Positions 50,693 to 59,548 of a DNA stretch of 64,000 nucleotides are shown here, in pieces. The notes beneath the pieces were generated by a model. That model was not told where the DNA came from. It did not search any database and saw only the letters and a program-made list of their open reading frames with translations. Origin of the DNA: Candidatus Marinacidobacterales bacterium. GTDB lineage: Bacteria > Acidobacteriota > Vicinamibacteria > Marinacidobacterales > DATDRI01. Position numbers and translations under genes: made by a program. Within the stretch, counting starts at the first letter, position 1; each line of letters opens with the position of its first letter. The DNA lies in assembly GCA_965226495.1 (NCBI GenBank), contig OZ245365.1, forward strand, positions 1,152,001-1,216,000, read 5' to 3'.

Positions 50693-53041
50693 ATGACGAT
50701 GCTCGCGACCCAAATTCACCGGCTCCTTCTCACGATGTTGCTAGTCGCGGTGGTTGCGCCCAAGGCGGGGTCTCAAACGCCGATTCGCGTGCAGGGCCTG
50801 GTCGTCGCCCCTACCGGCGAGGGAGTTGCGGCGGCCCGTATCGACATCGATGGCCGCGAGCCCGTTACCCCCGTTACTACCGACGAGAATGGAAACTTCC
50901 AGCTCTCGCTGCCGTCGGGTGAGTGGGAGCTGCGCGTTTCACATCCCGCCTATCGGCTGTTGCGCCACCGCGTGAAAACTGCGGCTCCAAGTGTCGATCT
51001 CGAGCTCCGCCTCGAATGGGTAAGTTCGGTCGAGGAATCGATTACGGTAATCGGGATTCGGGCCGGAGAAGAAGTTCCGGTGACCAAGCGGAACATCGAT
51101 CGTGAGGAGATCGAAAAACTCAGCTATGGGCAGGATGTTACGGAGCTGCTGGAGCACACGCCGTCGATGAACTGGTACTCGGACTCGGGCATCGGGAGCA
51201 ACTACTCCTACTTCAGCCTGCGCGGTATCCAACAGACGCGCATCAGCATGACTTACGACGGCGCGCCGCTCAACGATCCTGCGGAGCACGCCCTGTTCTT
51301 CAACAACTTCCACGACTTTCTGAGCGGCATCGACAGCATTCAAATCCAACGCGGCGTGGGCACCTCGTCGGTCGGCTCGCCCGCGTACGGGGGCTCGGTG
51401 AACTTCGCGAGCTCGCCACCGGCTCAAGACAACCGCGGCGAGGCCCGGTTGGTACTGGGCTCCTACGATACCGCGCGCGCCTCTATCGGGTACGAGTCCG
51501 GTATCTTCGACAACGGGCTCTACGCCTCGGGACGGTTTTCCTACGCCAAATCAGACGGCTATCGCGAGCGTTCCGGCACCGAGCATCACACCTTCTTTCT
51601 GAACACGGGATGGCAGGGGGAGCGTTCTTCGTTAACGCTGGTCGCGTTCTCGGGCGACGAGAAGACGGAGCTCGCCTATCTCGCCGTCGATCCGGACACC
51701 CTGAGCGAAAACCGGCGCTTCAACCCGCTCACCGAGGAAGACCGCGACAACTTCGGCCAAGACTTCGCACAGCTCAAGTACATGCGCGACCTGGGCAGTG
51801 AGACATTGCTGACCGCGTCGTTCTATTACAACGGCGCCGATGGATGGTTCCAGCTCTGGGACGACCCGGTGGCGCAAAACGACCTGCTGCGATTCGGCAT
51901 CGACCAGGGTTTCTTCGGCAGTATGGTAACCATCAGCACCCGCGCCGACAATCTGACGGCCACTCTGGGTGTGCATTACAACGATTTCAGCGGCGACCAT
52001 TTCCTAGACAGCGATGCCGGCGGTCGGGTCTACAAGAACACTGGTTTCAAGGAGACGGCGAATGCCTTTGGCAAGCTCGAGTACCGGCTTGGCGAAACGC
52101 TGCTGTTCGGCGACCTCCATTGGCGTTGGGCCGGTTTCTCGTACGAAGGCGATGTCGATTTGGGCTCGGTCGACTGGAACTTTCTCGATCCCAAGATCGG
52201 CATCCGGCAAACCCTTGCTCCTGGGCTGAGTCTCTACGGCTCGATCGGCAGGGCACAGCGCGAGCCGGCCCGGCTCGATCTGTTGCTGGGTGAGGACAAC
52301 GCCAGCCTTCCGCACGACCTCGAAGCGGTGAAACGCGAGTCGGTGGTGAACTTCGAGGGCGGGGTCAATCTCAACACGCCCCGGCTCGGCTTGCAGGCCA
52401 ACGTCTACCTGATGGAGTTCCGGAACGAGATCGCTTTGACAGGAGAGCTGTCCGAGGTCGGCCTGCCGCTAAGGCGCAATGTCGATCGCTCGTACCGCCG
52501 TGGCGCCGAAATCGACCTCAAGTGGATGCCGGTGCCGAATTGGTCGGTATTGCACAGCCTCAACGTGAGCCGCAACCGTATCAAAGAATGGATCCAGTTC
52601 TACGACGTCTTTGACGAAGAAGGAGCATGGGCCGGGAGCGAGCCGATCGCTTACCAAAACGTGCGGCCGCTTCTGTCGCCCGAGCTGGTGTTCAATCTCG
52701 GTGTGGAATGGGCACGCCGCGACACCAGCGTTGGCCTCATGGGTCGCTACGTGGCCGCATCCCAGCTCGACAACACCGGGCTCTCCCGATTCCGGACACC
52801 CTCTTTCGCCAACTTGGACTTGCGGGCCTCGCAGACCCTGGGTCGCTGGTGGCGAGGAGCCGATGCGCGCATCACTTTGTTCGTCAACAACCTGTTAGAT
52901 AATCTCGATCAGTTGCCCAGCGGCTACAGTTATCAATTCCTCGTTCGGGATGGCGCCGGCATGGATACGCTCGACGGCATCCCCTTTTACTATCCCTTGG
53001 CCACTCGCAACTTCGTCGTCTCGCTGGAGCTAGGTTTTTAA
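50693..53041 (+). CDS. TonB-dependent receptor, probably for thiamine
   Basis: Carboxypeptidase-regulatory-like N-domain, plug RGI...IQIQRGVGTS, C-terminal Phe; downstream of the TPP riboswitch. Confidence 0.9.
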   Translation: MTMLATQIHRLLLTMLLVAVVAPKAGSQTPIRVQGLVVAPTGEGVAAARIDIDGREPVTPVTTDENGNFQLSLPSGEWELRVSHPAYRLLRHRVKTAAPSVDLELRLEWVSSVEESITVIGIRAGEEVPVTKRNIDREEIEKLSYGQDVTELLEHTPSMNWYSDSGIGSNYSYFSLRGIQQTRISMTYDGAPLNDPAEHALFFNNFHDFLSGIDSIQIQRGVGTSSVGSPAYGGSVNFASSPPAQDNRGEARLVLGSYDTARASIGYESGIFDNGLYASGRFSYAKSDGYRERSGTEHHTFFLNTGWQGERSSLTLVAFSGDEKTELAYLAVDPDTLSENRRFNPLTEEDRDNFGQDFAQLKYMRDLGSETLLTASFYYNGADGWFQLWDDPVAQNDLLRFGIDQGFFGSMVTISTRADNLTATLGVHYNDFSGDHFLDSDAGGRVYKNTGFKETANAFGKLEYRLGETLLFGDLHWRWAGFSYEGDVDLGSVDWNFLDPKIGIRQTLAPGLSLYGSIGRAQREPARLDLLLGEDNASLPHDLEAVKRESVVNFEGGVNLNTPRLGLQANVYLMEFRNEIALTGELSEVGLPLRRNVDRSYRRGAEIDLKWMPVPNWSVLHSLNVSRNRIKEWIQFYDVFDEEGAWAGSEPIAYQNVRPLLSPELVFNLGVEWARRDTSVGLMGRYVAASQLDNTGLSRFRTPSFANLDLRASQTLGRWWRGADARITLFVNNLLDNLDQLPSGYSYQFLVRDGAGMDTLDGIPFYYPLATRNFVVSLELGF

Positions 53042-53059
53042 GTCCGCTACTTCTAAGTC

Positions 53060-53623
53060 GTGTTTTCCCTCGAGCTGGTCGCCGTCGTCCTCACACTGGT
53101 GGCCGTCTACCTGACGGCGCGCCAGATCATCTGGTGCTGGCCGCTCGCCATGGTCAGCGTCGTCCTGTACGCAGCGGTCTTCTACGACGTCCGACTGTAC
53201 GCCGATATGGGGCTACAGGGTCTGTACTTTGGGCTGGCCGCCTACGGCTGGTGGGCGTGGCTGCGCGGCGGTGAGGATCATGGCGAGCTCGAGGTTTCCC
53301 TGACCTCGAGCCGGACGCGGGTGGTGCTGGTGGTGGTCGCGACACTCGGCGGGATTTTGCTGGGTCAGATCCTGATGCGCTTCACCAACGCGTCGCTGCC
53401 ATTCATGGATTCGATGCTCACCTCGTTTAGCATCGCGGCCCAGTGGATGCAGACCCGAAAGCTACTAGAATCCTGGCTGGTGTGGCTTGCCGTTGATGTT
53501 TTTTACGTCGGCATGTTCTTGTACAAGGGGCTCTACCCGACGGCGGGACTGTACGCCGCCTTTCTTGTCCTCGCTGTAATGGGTTTCACCGAGTGGCGAC
53601 GCTCGATGCGAGGCGCGCGATGA
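53060..53623 (+). CDS. pnuC: PnuC-family transporter (PnuT-like)
   Basis: LYADMGLQ, YGWWAW, DS...AQW...RKLLESWLVWLAVD. Confidence 0.9.
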   Translation: MFSLELVAVVLTLVAVYLTARQIIWCWPLAMVSVVLYAAVFYDVRLYADMGLQGLYFGLAAYGWWAWLRGGEDHGELEVSLTSSRTRVVLVVVATLGGILLGQILMRFTNASLPFMDSMLTSFSIAAQWMQTRKLLESWLVWLAVDVFYVGMFLYKGLYPTAGLYAAFLVLAVMGFTEWRRSMRGAR

Positions 53624-54144
53624 TCCGCGTCGTGGTGACCGGCTCCGAATGCACCGGCAAGACGAAGCTCGCCGAGGCGATTGCCACACACTACGAGACC
53701 GTCTGGGTCCCGGAGTTCGCTCGCCAGTTCGTGATCGACAAAGGCGCCGCTCCCGTGTACGAAGATGTCGAGACCATCGCCCGCGGCCAAATCGCCCTAG
53801 AGGACCACAAAGCCGGCGAGGCATCCAGCCTACTTCTTCAAGATACCGATCTACTCAGCACCATCGTCTATAGCCGCCACTACTTCGGTGATTGCCCCCA
53901 CTGGATCGAGGAGGCTTTCGAGAAACGAGCCGCCGGCCTATACCTTCTAGCCGGCATTGACGTTCCCTGGGTACCCGAAGGGGAGCAACGCGACCGCGGA
54001 GACCGGCGCGAAGAGATGCACGAGCTATTCCGGAGCGCCCTGGTCGATCGCCGCCTGACCTATGCCGAGATAGGTGGGGCAAGGGGTGAGCGATTGGAAG
54101 CGGCGGTGTCGCGGATCGACCAGCTTCTTAGTCGAGGCCGCTGA
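53620..54144 (+). CDS. NadR-type P-loop kinase domain protein
   Basis: GSECTGKT, VPEFAR, DTD, DVPWV...RD. Confidence 0.88.
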   Translation: MIRVVVTGSECTGKTKLAEAIATHYETVWVPEFARQFVIDKGAAPVYEDVETIARGQIALEDHKAGEASSLLLQDTDLLSTIVYSRHYFGDCPHWIEEAFEKRAAGLYLLAGIDVPWVPEGEQRDRGDRREEMHELFRSALVDRRLTYAEIGGARGERLEAAVSRIDQLLSRGR

Positions 54145-54279
54145 ATACTTGCTAGGGCCGGACCGGGTCGCTATGCGGTCACTGAGTCCCGCCCAGCGAT
54201 GCTTGGTGTGGTCGAGGCAAAGCTGTCCGCTTAACGGCAGAGGAGTTGCGGGTGTCTCCCGATTACTCCCCAAGAACCC

Positions 54280-54789
54280 CTAACGCACGTCGTCAACTGT
54301 TAGGCGAGGGGCTTTGTCTCCCTCCGGGGCGTGGAAAACTCCTGACACGCTCACCTCAGTGTCGTTGTCCAGCTTCTCAAGCTCGTCCGAGGCCTTATCA
54401 CCCTCCAGGAGGATTAGCATATCCAGACTGGACTCATACCCGACTCGGAGCGCTAGGGCATTCTCCACCCTCTCCAATGTGCCCTTAACGTCAACCTTCA
54501 CTTTGCCCGCTGAGAAGCCAGCGGCCTCGACGGCCTTGGCAATCTGTGCCGGATCGAAAGAGTGGTCCGGTTCGGCAAGGATCACGGTCTCGCCCGTGTC
54601 GAGACTCATCACTTCAGCGTCCTGAACGCCATCCAGGCGTTCCAGAGCCGTCTCGGCCCCGTGTGCTCACAACCCTCACGTCATGCCCTGAATCCAGGTT
54701 CGGGCTTCTTGGACTTGGGCAAAGGCTACTCCCGACAATGCGTGGCAGAGAATAATTGTACTTAGTGATAGGAGCGTTCTCACTTTCAT
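54280..54789 (-). CDS. Secreted HMA-domain (MerP/CopZ-like) selenoprotein with GMT-U-G-L-U motif and C-terminal beta domain, 169 aa
   Basis: ATG 54789 with AGAGGA RBS; MKVRTLLSLSTIILCHALSGVAFAQVQEARTWIQGMT-TGA-GL-TGA-AHGAETALERLDGVQDAEV...IAKAVEAAGF; TGAs at 54676-54678 and 54667-54669; in frame with ORF 54280-54612. Confidence 0.85.
54624..54660 (-). promoter_or_regulatory. Two tandem SECIS-like hairpins
   Basis: GGGGCC-GAGAC-GGCTCT (54644-54660) and GAACGCC-TGGAT-GGCGTTC (54624-54642). Confidence 0.65.
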
Positions 54790-54810
54790 GTCGTTAGGTC
54801 CTCTCTTTTG

Positions 54811-55662
54811 CTAGTGAAGGTATCGAAACCCTGTTACGAACACCCAGTCTTTATTCAACCGATGACCGTTCAACTCCTGGTACACGGGGAGTTGGACAGA
54901 CAACTCCAATATCAAGTTGCGCCGCAAGAAGACTTCAACTCCCGGCGAGACAAAAACGGACTCGCCACCCGTTGCAAGGATCTCCGTCCCGTCACGGTTC
55001 GACCGGCTCTCAATGAAGGAGTTGACTTCCAACACGACGAATAGGTCGTTTCGCTCCGGGTACCGGAGGAGGCGATACATGACGGATGCGTCCAGCTGCA
55101 GAAGGTTCCCCGCCTTGAACCCGCTCTCTTTCGTCGTTGCTGTCCACTGGAAATCGGTGTTGACGAACCAACTAGTCGTTGCGTGGGTAAAAATAAGCCC
55201 CTGAAGAAGGTCCGTCGCTCCGGTCGAGAAACCCTCTTGGCCCCAAGGTACCTTCACTCCCAAGAAACCCGCCAGCCGAGAAAAACCACCAGGCCGGTTT
55301 TTCGCATAGAGCCCGTCGTACTGCACGAAAAACATTGGGTCCGCCAAGCTCGTGTCTCTTGGTTGGCCGCCCGGTGAGCCGCTGACTACGGGTACCATAG
55401 CGACCCACATGAGGTGGCGTGGTAGACCGAAGACGAACGTGTTTTCCCAGGCCATCACCGTGTGGTCTCGGTCACGCTCGGGGCGACCGTCCGTGACATC
55501 TAGCGACGGAGGAGATCGTTTCAGGACTCGCCAATCAGACCGATAGAGAAAGTTGCGGACGAACAAAGTTCTAGCCCCGGGGGAGTTGATTTGCCCAGAT
55601 AGGGGCAAGTGCTGAAGCAACAAAACGGACGCCAGGACAAATCGGAGACAGATTAGTCGCAC
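54811..55662 (-). CDS. Putative outer-membrane beta-barrel transporter (MetA-pathway/COG4313-like)
   Basis: Signal peptide, amphipathic strands, GVKVPWG, GGESVFVSPG, VQLPVYQELNG, GFRY near the C-terminus. Confidence 0.7.
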   Translation of the reverse strand: MRLICLRFVLASVLLLQHLPLSGQINSPGARTLFVRNFLYRSDWRVLKRSPPSLDVTDGRPERDRDHTVMAWENTFVFGLPRHLMWVAMVPVVSGSPGGQPRDTSLADPMFFVQYDGLYAKNRPGGFSRLAGFLGVKVPWGQEGFSTGATDLLQGLIFTHATTSWFVNTDFQWTATTKESGFKAGNLLQLDASVMYRLLRYPERNDLFVVLEVNSFIESRSNRDGTEILATGGESVFVSPGVEVFLRRNLILELSVQLPVYQELNGHRLNKDWVFVTGFRYLH

Positions 55663-55835
55663 GGCGTAAGTCTAGTTACCCGGCCAGAGGTTACCCAAAC
55701 AACACCTACCCTCAGGGTTTCGCAACTCGCAAGCCGAGCGCCCAGCTTCCACGTGTGCATGGATGCGCGATTCGGCAGCGTCGGCGTCACACCGAAGCCG
55801 GCGGCGACGGCTCCGAAACCGCTCCATTTGGACAT
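55653..55835 (-). pseudogene. Possible MerT-like N-terminal remnant
   Basis: Strong RBS (GAGGAG) right after the merR stop; MSKWSGFGAVAAGFG resembles MerT TM1 but diverges before the CC motif. Confidence 0.35.
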
Positions 55836-55844
55836 GACATCTCC

Positions 55845-56463
55845 TCAGGCTTTCTCGTCGGATACGTCGGCAATCACCGGGCATCTCGAACCCTGGTCAA
55901 TCGCCTGAGCGCATTGGTCCCGGTAGTTAGACATTTGTCGATGGAAGCGCTTCATTTCTTTACCCTGCTGGGCGATCTCGACTATTTTCTTGTCGAGGAT
56001 GCCCAACACGCGACGGCAGCTCCCGGGGTTGTCCGGCCGGAGGCCCAGGAGTACCGAGATCTCGTCGAGAGCGAAACCAAAACCCTGCGCGCGTTTGATG
56101 AAACTCAGACGCTGCTCAGCTTTGGGCCCATAAAGGCGGAGAGCCTGATCTGGAACGCCGCTTCATTTCTTTACCCTGCTGGGCGATCTCGACTATTTTC
56201 TTGTCGAGGATGCCCAACACGCGAAGCTCCCGGGGTTGTCCGGCCGGAGGCCCAGGAGTACCGAGATCTCGTCCGAAACCAAAACCCTGCGCGCGTTTGA
56301 TGAAACTCAGACGCTGCTCAGCTTTGGGCCCATAAAGGCGGTAGCCTGATCTGGAACGCCGGCTGGGTTTGAGAATGCCGCGCCGCTCGTAGTACCGGAG
56401 GGTTTCGCGGTTCACACCGGCCCGCAGAGCTAATTCACCGATGAGAAGCGAGTCGTTCTTCAT
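55845..56463 (-). CDS. MerR-family heavy-metal-responsive regulator, disrupted by an approximately 211-bp imperfect duplication
   Basis: IGELALRAGVNRETLRYYERRGIL...SGYRLY...FIKRAQGFGFALDEI...SCRRV...DQCAQAIDQGSRCPVI*; three Cys ligands. Confidence 0.88.
55948..56361. repeat. Imperfect tandem duplication inside merR
   Basis: 55948-56160 repeated at 56159-56361 with small deletions. Confidence 0.85.
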
Positions 56464-56481
56464 TCGATTGCTCTTGGCGCC

Positions 56482-56513
56482 ATTGTAAACCTTTGACTCG
56501 GGTACAGGGTCAA
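56482..56513 (-). promoter_or_regulatory. MerR-type promoter with extended spacer and dyad operator
   Basis: TTGACC-CTGTACCCGAGTCAAAGGTT (20 bp)-TACAAT. Confidence 0.85.
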
Positions 56514-56594
56514 GCCCTTTTTTACAACAATCGAGGCTTGCTAGCTATTTCTGGGGGGCGAATGTAAACGGTTCAAATTGGAGGGTTTGTCGCT

Positions 56595-56615
56595 TGGTGC
56601 CGAAAAGGGAGATTC
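56595..56615 (-). repeat. tRNA-Leu 3'-end-like att remnant 1
   Basis: Minus strand GAATCTCCCTTTTCGGCACCA. Confidence 0.55.
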
Positions 56616-56685
56616 GGCAAAGCTCCTCTGTGCTTTCCCGAGCTGGCAATCCACTCAAGAATTCCGTGAGTACCGGAACCGTAGG

Positions 56686-58197
56686 CTAGGCGCCGCTGGG
56701 TACCTGCAATTCCGGCATCGGTGCAGTGTGAAACAAGCGCCGGCAGGGCTTCGCTATCCACCTGGCCACCGTCGTCGCCCGGTTCACACGGGCACTGTCC
56801 GTCGCAATCCCTGTGCTGGCGTACATTTGCCGGTAGAGCTTGGAAAGCAAGACGAAGGCGAGACGTGCGCGCAACGTTGGAGTACATCGAGAGCGCTTCC
56901 AGACTGGGCCCAAGCTATAGAAACGATCCCAGACCGACTGCGTGCGCGACCTGATCTCCTCGGCCGACAGCACTGGATGGTCGCTGTAGATTTTCGGCCG
57001 AAGATTTTGAGGAATCAACCAGTGGCGGGTCAATGGGATACCCCCAATGCGCGTCGGGTCATCCTTCATCGAAGCTTCCCAATTGTTGAAATCTACCGTC
57101 CCCGGGAACGGGGTCATCATCACGAACTGCGCAAAAGTCAGATCGGCCTCCTGCGCGAGGGCCGCGGTAGCGTCGAAGGTCTCCGCGCGGTCCGTGGGCA
57201 GACCAAAGATGAACGAGCCCAAGACGTGCACTCCGTGCTTACGAAACTTGCGAAGCTGCAGCACTAAGTCTGCGCCCGAGGTGTTGAAATTCTTGTAGAC
57301 CGCTTTCAGCCCTTCGGCAGTAACAGACTCGACTCCGACGAGAGCTCCTTTGATGTTGGCTTTGCGCATGGCATCCAGAAAATCGGGATCGTCGGCGACT
57401 TCCATCGTGATCTGAGTAAAGAACACCATATTGGCGGGCAACTTGGCCATTTGCGCCATCAACTGGAACCGATCTTCGCGTATTGATTTGAGCTCTTGGA
57501 GCCGGTGCACATCGTTGCGACTTTCGGCAAGCCTCAAGTCCTCTAACGTAACCGGGTAGAAATTGTCGTCCGCCAGGGCGATAAATCGAAATCCGAGCCG
57601 TCGGAGCTCGACAATTTCTTCGATGACGGCGTCGGACGGGCGCTGGCGGGGTTTTTGGCCGTCCGTGCGCCAGACGGAGCAAAAAGAGCAATGCTTGGGG
57701 CATCCGCGCACCGTTTGAACGGAGGCCCACATATAGCTGTTGGGAGGAATCAGTTCCCAACGGGCGGGCTTGAACTGGTCGGCCTCGATCTTTCCCGCGT
57801 CGTACAATCTTTCGGGCTTTCCTTTCGCGCAGTCGGCCAGGACGGTGGCCCAAACGACGTCCCCGTCGCCCTTGACGACGCCGTTTGCGCCGCCCAAATC
57901 GAATGCTTCCTCGGGGTAAAGCGTGGCGTGAATGCCTCCATAGATCACATGGGCCCCTCGCTCCTGCGCCATGCGGCCGACCTCGTACCCGCGCAGCGCG
58001 TTGCCGGTATGGATGCTGATGCCGACCACATCGCCGTGCTGAATGTCGGAGGGGTCGATTTGCTCTAGCGTTTCGTCGACAATCACCGGGTCTCCGTACT
58101 CTCGGGGGGTCGCGCCGGCAAGTACGAAGAGCCATCGGGGGGTTATAACGCCTATTCCAAAGGAGATATGGCTGGGGTTGACTAGATGCACTCTCAT
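56686..58197 (-). CDS. B12-binding-domain radical SAM protein
   Basis: GGIHATLYP, RGCPKHCSFC, DDNF, GVES, GSFIFG, TPFPGT. Confidence 0.92.
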   Translation of the reverse strand: MRVHLVNPSHISFGIGVITPRWLFVLAGATPREYGDPVIVDETLEQIDPSDIQHGDVVGISIHTGNALRGYEVGRMAQERGAHVIYGGIHATLYPEEAFDLGGANGVVKGDGDVVWATVLADCAKGKPERLYDAGKIEADQFKPARWELIPPNSYMWASVQTVRGCPKHCSFCSVWRTDGQKPRQRPSDAVIEEIVELRRLGFRFIALADDNFYPVTLEDLRLAESRNDVHRLQELKSIREDRFQLMAQMAKLPANMVFFTQITMEVADDPDFLDAMRKANIKGALVGVESVTAEGLKAVYKNFNTSGADLVLQLRKFRKHGVHVLGSFIFGLPTDRAETFDATAALAQEADLTFAQFVMMTPFPGTVDFNNWEASMKDDPTRIGGIPLTRHWLIPQNLRPKIYSDHPVLSAEEIRSRTQSVWDRFYSLGPVWKRSRCTPTLRARLAFVLLSKLYRQMYASTGIATDSARVNRATTVARWIAKPCRRLFHTAPMPELQVPSGA

Positions 58198-58422
58198 TCA
58201 GATTTCACTCGTATCCTCCTGGGGGCTGCTGGCGCCTCCGACCGCCCGTATGTTTCGAATCGGACGAACCTGAGCGCCTAGTCTATCAATTTCAGGCTGT
58301 GAATGCGTCTTTTTCTTCATCGCGGGATCCGCGGCACTTTACCCTGAATCCTATCTGGAGCGCTAGATGTGAAGGCGATGAATTCCGAGCCGGTTGGCGA
58401 GAAAGGGTACCAAGGGAATTGT

Positions 58423-59307
58423 CTACTCGTTGTAGGCAGGCGCCTGCTTAACCTGTTCGAAGCGCGCCAGTTCGTGCTCGATCCAAAGCTCCGCACCGGT
58501 CTCCTCGAGGAACTTCTCGATACGCTCCATCGAAGCGAGAGTCGCTTCCGCGTCGAAGTTGAACGCGGGGACGCGCCGCTCCCGGCGATTGAGCTGGAAG
58601 ATAAATAGATCGCCGGATAGGACGACAGGCCCTGTTTTTTCGAGGTCGACGAAAAGGACCTGATGGCCGGGAGTGTGGCCGGGTGCCGAGAGGATCCGGA
58701 CGCGTCCATCGCCGAAGACGTCGTGCTCGCCGTCGAGGATCTGGCGGTCGGCGTCGTGCAGGCCTTGGTAGGTTGTGGGATCAAAACCAACTACTGAAAC
58801 TTCATCAGCGAAGGCGGCATCGTATTCCGCTCGTTGGATGAGGAGCGTCGCGCCTTCGATCTCGTTCGCGACCCCGACGTGGTCGGGGTGCATGTGGGAG
58901 AACGCCATGTAGTCGACCGAGGTGTAATCGAGGCCGATCTCGGCGAGCTGCTCTCCGAGAGTTCTGTCGAGACGCATCTGCATTCCCCCCGCGTCCTGCC
59001 AGCTCTCCGCGTCGGCGATTTCCGAAGCAAGGCCGCCATCCCAGAGCAGCCGGCCTCGCTCGTGCTCGATGACGTAGCACGGCACGACGAGCTCGCGCAC
59101 GTCGGTTTCCGCGCTCGTGAAGCCGAAGTCGAGCGCGTCGAACGTCTCGTCATCGAAGCGCATGCGCCCGCAGTCGAAAACGTAGAGCTTCAGGGACGCG
59201 GGTCCCTCGGTTTCAGTTTGGGTTTCGGCGGCCGGTTCTCGCTCGGTGTCGGCAGCGCAACTCGCAAGCGCGAGCACCAGCGATAGGGATAGCGTCGATA
59301 ATCGCAT
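58423..59307 (-). CDS. N-acyl homoserine lactonase-family MBL lipoprotein
   Basis: Lipobox LASC, SHMHPDHVG, PGHTPGH, SGD. Confidence 0.85.
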   Translation of the reverse strand: MRLSTLSLSLVLALASCAADTEREPAAETQTETEGPASLKLYVFDCGRMRFDDETFDALDFGFTSAETDVRELVVPCYVIEHERGRLLWDGGLASEIADAESWQDAGGMQMRLDRTLGEQLAEIGLDYTSVDYMAFSHMHPDHVGVANEIEGATLLIQRAEYDAAFADEVSVVGFDPTTYQGLHDADRQILDGEHDVFGDGRVRILSAPGHTPGHQVLFVDLEKTGPVVLSGDLFIFQLNRRERRVPAFNFDAEATLASMERIEKFLEETGAELWIEHELARFEQVKQAPAYNE

Positions 59308-59449
59308 CTTGAGCGGCATTTTAAACCTCAAGTGTTCGAGCGCGGCCAATTTCTTTTGTATCAACAACATACGGTCTCGAGAAAAGGCTGGTGCGTTGCA
59401 AAAATTCAAGTAATCCATTTAATTGCAATAGGTTACAAGCCATCGAAAC

Positions 59450-59478
59450 TTGACAAATCAATAACATTTACCTAATAT
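59450..59478 (+). promoter_or_regulatory. Sigma70 promoter upstream of the HNH gene
   Basis: TTGACA-17 bp-TAATAT in an AT-rich tract. Confidence 0.65.
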
Positions 59479-59548
59479 ACACCTACCAGGTTTTGGGGAA
59501 TTCAATAGCCCTTCTTGCCTTAAGCCCATGGAAACAGGGAGGTTTCGA

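Noticed and set aside
56686-58197. RiPP or hopanoid methylase assignment for the radical SAM gene
   Set aside because: No precursor peptide or hpn genes adjacent; the subfamily cannot be fixed by eye
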